The notes under the pieces were generated by a model that saw nothing but the letters and a program-made list of their open reading frames with translations, ran no database searches and was not told where the DNA came from. Source: Phyllobates terribilis (taxonomy: Eukaryota). Taken from it: DNA of 64,000 nt. The position numbers and the translations under genes were made by a program. The stretch is from contig NW_027362762.1 in NCBI RefSeq assembly GCF_046119375.1, positions 683,798,001 through 683,862,000 of the forward strand, read 5' to 3'. Every line of letters starts with the position of its first letter. Within the stretch, counting starts at the first letter, position 1. This document shows positions 58,381 to 64,000 of the stretch, piece by piece.

Positions 58381-59633
58381 AGCCATCAGTTGGAGGCTAC
58401 TAAGGGGTCAGTATACTGTGTGGGGTACTATACAGTGAGGGAGCATTATACTGTGTATAGGAGAGCATCATACTGTGTAGAGGGGAGCTGTACATGGGGG
58501 GAGACTCAAGACATTTTTTAATGTTAAGTGGGCACTTATCGTTATAGGGGAACTCAGGTTATTATGACTGTCAAAGGGGCACACAGAGGGCATTATTACT
58601 TTCAAGGGGGGAAAATGTGGGCACTGTTTTCTAGGGCACTTGCACACGGCATTACTATATTCTAAAGGTTTGTTTAACCATCTAGAGGGCGCAAAGCAGG
58701 TGCAGTAATAGGAACACATACGGCAGCGACTCAGTATTGGGGTATCAGCAGGATGAGGAGTTTGTGCAGGTTGGGAATAGATGGGGATGGGGCCTGAAAT
58801 GTAAGGAGTCAAATGTGTCTTTGTTGTGATCTCTGCAGACCTGAGACTGAGTCCTGGATGGAGGAGTTGTCGTGTTGGTCTGGGCCAGATGGAAAAGACA
58901 GGAAAAATGAACAATTTAATCGGAAAGAACGTCAGCTGTATGTTACAATATATAACCGTGCTGTGATCGCTTATATGTTCTGCAGGACTGGAATCTATCA
59001 ATTTATGTCACCATATGGTGGTAGTATCAGTGCTGGTTTTGGTATAGAGATTATTTTTAGTAACAGCGCCGTCATCTGCTGACGTTTTCCAAAATCCACT
59101 ATCTGGGTGCCCCACCATAGCTGTAATCAGGGTTACCTGGTAAGGGGCCCATTCAGAATCCTAGCTACGCCACCGCTCAGAGGTGATCTAATTTACCTGT
59201 GTGGTCAATACAATGTACTAGCACATGTTTTCTTTCTTCCAAGGACCTTAAAAAGGTGAACATTAGTGATGAGCGAGCGTACTCACCACTGCTTGTTACT
59301 CGCTCGAGCATCACCCTGTTCGACATGCTCGGCGACTATTTCCGGGGTTGCTCGGGCAGGTGCTTTGGTCCCCGCCCTGCATGTTTGGCGCTCTTTAGAG
59401 AGTCAATGAATATGCAGGGATTGTCTGCCACGCACTGTAATGCCGTAGCCATGTTGGTTATGGCATTACAGTGATTTTCTTGCCGCATAGCATCATTGGG
59501 TCTATATAAGACCTGGTGACGCTAGGCAAGTCACAGTCTATCCTGGAAACAGGCAGAGTAGGGAGAGGTGCTGCTGTGTGAGGGACAGAATTGGAGGTGT
59601 AATAGTTACATATAGGTAGCGGTACTCCAGGAG

Positions 59634-59662
<29 letters not shown>
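59634..59662. repeat. (TA)n microsatellite
   Basis: Direct observation. Confidence 0.95.
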
Positions 59663-59666
<4 letters not shown>

Positions 59667-59699
59667 ATCTGAACAAACAGTCCTTAGTATCGAGGGTGG

Positions 59700-60125
59700 A
59701 AAATATTGTCTTTTTAAAACCGTTGGCGTCCGACAGACGTATCACATATAACTGCGGTACAAATACAGCCATTTGTAGCGAGCGTGGAAAATATTGTCTT
59801 CCATTTACAGTTTGTAGCAGTGTGTCAGTGAAGCTTTTCACATGTGGTCGCTGTGAATAATAGGAAACTACAAGCTCGCTACTTAAAACCGTTGGCGTCC
59901 ATCAGACGCATCACATATAACTGCGGTATAAATCCAGCCATTTGTAGCGAGCTTGGAAAATATTGTCTTCCATTTACAGCTTGTAGCAGTGTGTCAGTGA
60001 AGCTATTCACACATGGTCGCTGTGAATAATAGGAAACTACAAGCCTGCTATTTAAAACCGTTGGCTTCCGTCAGACGTATAACATATAACTGCGGCACAA
60101 ATCCAGTGATTTGTAGTGAACGTAG
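59700..60125. repeat. 169-bp tandem repeat, ~2.5 units, upstream of the hAT transposase remnant
   Basis: AAAACCGTTGGC at 59716, 59885 and 60054. Confidence 0.85.
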
Positions 60126-61189
60126 TGCTTGCGCTCAAAATATTGCCTTTAAGGCTCGTGGAGACGGAAGCTTTCCGCAACCTGAAGGCGATGGCCGTCC
60201 CTCGGTACTCAGTCCCCAGACACCACTATTTCTCCGTCCCCGCATTACACAAGCACGTGTCCCACAACATTAGCCGTGCCCTCAACCACGCAGTTACTGG
60301 GAAGGTCCACCTAACCACAGACACGTGGACAAGTGCTTGTGGGCAGGGATGGTACATCTCGCTGACGGCACACTGTGTTAATATAGTGGAAGTTGGGACC
60401 CTTGGGACGTATCATGTCCTCCTGATGCTGAGGATTGCAGGCACTGGGTCAATCAGGGTTTGCCCTCCACATTCTACAGCTCCTGCACCTCCTCCTCCTC
60501 TTCTTCAGCCTCCATCTCCGAAATGCTCACGTAAGTCAGAAGCTGGAAACACTGCAGCACTGCCTCGGCCAAGCGGCAACAGGCTGTGCTGAAGCTAATA
60601 TGCTTAGGTGACAAACCCCACACTGCTGAAGAGTTGTGGACATCTCTGAAAGAGAAGGCAGATCTTTGGCTGTCATCCCTGAACCTACGGCCAGGCATGA
60701 TCGTGTGTGACAATGGCCGGAACCTGGTGGCGGCTCTGAAGCAAGGCGGGCTCAGACACGTACCGTGCCTTGCCCATGTGCTTAACCTCATGGTTCAGCG
60801 TTTTCTCAAAACCTACCCAGATCTGCTTGTCAAAGTACGTCACGTGTGTGCCCATTTTAGAAATGCAGCTCCAGCTTCCGCCGACCTTGCTGTGATTCAG
60901 CAGCATTTGCAGCTTCCAGCTCACCGACTGTTGTGCGATGTCCCCACACGTTGGAACTCAGATTGCAGATGTTGGGAAGGATTTGTGAACAGCACAGGGC
61001 AGTTGTTCAGTACCAGCTTCAAAACGTCCGTCGGTATTCAGGTCAGCCTCCACACATAAGAGCTGAGGAGTGGGCATGGATGTCAGACATCTGTGCCGTC
61101 TTCCAAAACTTTGAGGACTGCACCAAGATGGTGAGTGGCGATGATACCATAATTAGCATCACCATCCCGCTTCTCTCTCTTCTGAATAA

Positions 61190-61445
61190 GAAAAATAACT
61201 AAATAACTAAATAAGAAAAAGTTCTTTACAGTTAGAGTTATCAAACTGTGGAATGCTCTGCCACAAAAGATAGCATTAGCAGATACTTTATCTGCATTTA
61301 AAAAAGGGCTGGATGCTTTTCACAAAACTAATTGTATTGTAGATTATAAAAACAGTAATCTAGTCCTTGATAATGTTTAGCTTCTCGAGGAAGATTGAAT
61401 TTGATGGACAAGTGTCATTTTTCAACCTATGTAATTTCTTTATGT
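61190..61445 (+). mobile_element. CR1-clade LINE 3' end
   Basis: FFTVRVIKLWNALP-like tail, then ...TTTTTCAACCTATGTAA. Confidence 0.75.
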
Positions 61446-61976
61446 GCTTTAAAGATGAAATTTTATTATTATAATCAGTGCTGAGCCACCCCCGTAGTGT
61501 TCGAGTTCTGTTCGGTTCGTTGAACACCCATATGTTCGCCAAACTGTTCGTCGAACTGTTCGTCGAACACCTTCGAACACCGTTAAAACCAATGGCAGGC
61601 AAACAAAAACACATAGAAACACATAGAAAACACCTTCAAAGGTGTCCAAAAGCTGACAAACTGCTCAGAAGACATAACTAACACATGGAAAAGTGACAAG
61701 TACATATAGTCATGCGAAAAGAAAAGAGGTGGAGGAGTAAAAGGAGGGGGAGACACAGATATAGGCATGTCATGCCCTTCTAAAACCAAAAAAGTGTGAA
61801 GCCGACACGGCCAGTCCGTTCCTGCCCGTGCGACCTCCGTGTCGCCGGGTTTGTGCCAGAGCCGCGGTGGACCCTGACGGCCAGCCCCCCTCTCCCAATA
61901 CTGGTGCCTGTCCGCTGGTGGGTCGAGCAAGCCCCCCTGTGGTGGAGGCAGGTCTAAGCTTTTTAATTTAAATTGT

Positions 61977-62246
61977 CTCTCTAATTTGAATGAATACACT
62001 TTAAATCCTTTTACAAGGATCTATTGGAGGGCAAGTCTCATGCCAGCAGCCGCGTAATTCCAGCTCCAGTAGCGTCCACTAAAGCTGCTGCAGTTAAAAA
62101 GCTTTTATAAGGATCGAGCTCGGCGGTCCACCGCAAGGCGTCCTACCGCTAGTCCCAGCCCCTATGCCTTGGGGTGCCTCCTGATGCTCTTCACTGAGTA
62201 TCGCGGGGTCCCGAACCATTTCCTTTGAAAAAATTAAGTGTCCAAA
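61977..62246 (+). pseudogene. 18S rRNA fragment, copy 2
   Basis: Same block as 21578-21848. Confidence 0.93.
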
Positions 62247-62517
62247 CTACAGGTGGTGTAGCTTGCTTAACAGCTGGGATAATCCGCTGACTAGCAGACA
62301 CTGCTACTAGGCACAAAGTATTTCCTGGGCTAGATGCAGTTAAAAATTTGTAATTAGATACTCTCGTTGGATGCTGAGAAAGCATTCCATAGAGTCTCCT
62401 GGCACGCCATATATTATTCTCGTAAAAAGCTTGGGGTAGGGGTCTAGGGGACCCTTTTATAGCCAAAATCACGGCCCTGTATCGCAATACGTCACCTAGG
62501 CTGAAGATAAATGGAAC

Positions 62518-63709
62518 TGTAGCACCCCGAGGGCTCGGTTGCTACAGAGGTATTGCACCTCACCCAGAGGTGTGATATCTCACTCTCAGGTAAGGATGGA
62601 GTGTAGATCAGGACCCCGACACCTGCATGCATTACACCACATTGCCGTGGGGCAGGGCGACCAATATGCCCCTGAGATGGGCACGACAGTCCCTGTCCCT
62701 GGCTGGAGTGGGGGGAGGGAACACCGAGGAAGGGGAACCCTGTAGTGCAGGAGCAGGGAGGAAGCAATTCCTGGGTGCATTGAGAAGGGAGTATAAAAGG
62801 TTGGCACCATCTTAGTTCAGTGCAGAGAAGTCTGAGCAGAAGTGACAGGGAGCAGGGGCTCTGCATGAGCTCTGCTCCGGAGGAGGGCCTAGTAACAGAG
62901 GCCCAGGCCTGGAAGAGGGAGAAGGAAGGAAGAGGAGCGGAGAAGGCTCCAGGAACGAGGAACGAAGGGATCCCAGGGGTGCGGACGGGCGAGTCGCCAC
63001 CGCACGCCCGAATCCACCTGCATGGAGGGATCAGGCCAAAGGGGGAGACCGGTCCCCGAAACTAGTGGAGGCGGGAAACGACCCTCATTTTATGTGGCGC
63101 AACCCCTCGCTACACCCGCTAGGAAGGCACCACATAGGGTCAGGGAAACTGGCACCAAGTTTACCCAGAGGAGGCCCGAGGCAGCCGGACAGAAGCGTTG
63201 GTAAGAAAGGCCAGACAAAGGACACACAAAGGGGGTCCTGTGAAGCGCTCCAAAGTTATCTGGGAGTTGTCTGAGCCCCTCACCTGGTGAGCACAGTATG
63301 ATGTGGGCAGCAGTTACCTGCAGAAGTGGTCTGGATAATAAGAACTGTGAGTAAAGGCCCTGGACTGCATCACTGACTCCGTGTCGCTACTGCTGCTGCC
63401 CTGTACCATCACCCCCATCCTCCACATACACTGCCCTGAGGCTATACTCCTCCCGTGGGGAGTTATACTACGCTCTGCTGCACCCACAACACCAGCCTCA
63501 GCGGTCTGCCCTGCAGCGGCGGTTCACTCTGACCGCAATCCACGGGTGGCGTAGTCGGACATTTAAACATCAAAACCACATAAATAGTTCCGCCACTGGT
63601 TTGACCGCCCTGAGCCACGGATCCGGGTCGCCGCCACGGAGACTACAACCACCTGCATCCACCAAAAAGGGTCCGGCTCCAGGTGTCCCAAGGCCCAGAG
63701 AGCGTGTCA
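62518..63709 (+). mobile_element. Solo LTR, copy 2, at the identical site in the L1 fragment
   Basis: TSD GAAC (62514-62517 and 63710-63713). Confidence 0.92.
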
Positions 63710-64000
63710 GAACATTTTCATCACCTTTCATAATCACCAATGGGACAAGGCAGGGATGTCCTCTGTCACCTCTCTTATACATCCTAGTGACGGAGCACCT
63801 GCTCTCATAAATTCGCCATAACCCCAATATTAGGTGGATTGAGGTGGGAGGCACCGAGTACAAGTGCTCTGCATTTGCTGATGATGTCCTAGTATATATC
63901 ACTCAATCACATATATCCATCCCTGCTGTTATGGCTGAAATAGATCACTTTGTTACATGGTCAAATTTTAAAATCAATGCAGCGAAGTCTGAGGCCCTCG

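Larger units (their letters stand above)
55710..59175 (+). mobile_element. Large minisatellite-bearing non-autonomous element
   Basis: Ends GCTACGCCACCG (compare CAGTGGCGTAGC-type termini) and contains both arrays; left end uncertain. Confidence 0.5.
59264..61185 (+). mobile_element. Second hAT family member, internally deleted and decayed
   Basis: TAGTGATGAGCG terminus. Transposase fragments HLTTDTWTS, CDNGRNL, CLAHVLNL and CDVPTRWNS at 60116-61185. Confidence 0.88.
61476..64000 (-). mobile_element. Second copy of the composite hAT (terminus, 18S, L1, solo LTR), running off the window
   Basis: Colinear with 21077-23620 and begins at the TIR CAGTGCTGAGC. Confidence 0.93.

Noticed and set aside
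58835-58935. Exon-like segment with CTCTGCAG acceptor and GTATGT donor
   Set aside because: It lies inside a repetitive element and there is no evidence of a host transcript.

Overview
Eukaryotic, almost entirely repeat-derived window. The repeat families and the captured 18S sequence point to a vertebrate, most likely a frog (inference). I recognise no host gene, apart from two weak candidate exons near 39 kb. Main content: (i) several Tc1/mariner elements, including one with an uninterrupted DD34E transposase and two DD38E copies; (ii) a young full-length Ty3/Gypsy element (46485-54444) with 1033-bp LTRs, a tRNA-Ser PBS, a -1 frameshift signal and a YLDN-mutated RT, plus five solo LTRs, four of them Gypsy-type; (iii) Penelope-like elements (PLEs) with a head-to-head inverted structure and hammerhead ribozyme motifs, including a core-intact hammerhead in a 391-bp insertion (43232-43622); (iv) an 8.9-kb hAT element with an 8-bp TSD carrying a captured 18S rRNA fragment, an internal L1 RT fragment and a solo LTR, with a second copy of the same composite starting exactly at the hAT terminus at 61476; (v) CR1/L1 remnants, TTAA- and TTA-target MITEs, and minisatellite-bearing non-autonomous elements. 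Most long ORFs in the track outside these transposon genes are minisatellite artefacts. All alignments were done by eye, and boundaries without a stated TSD are approximate.
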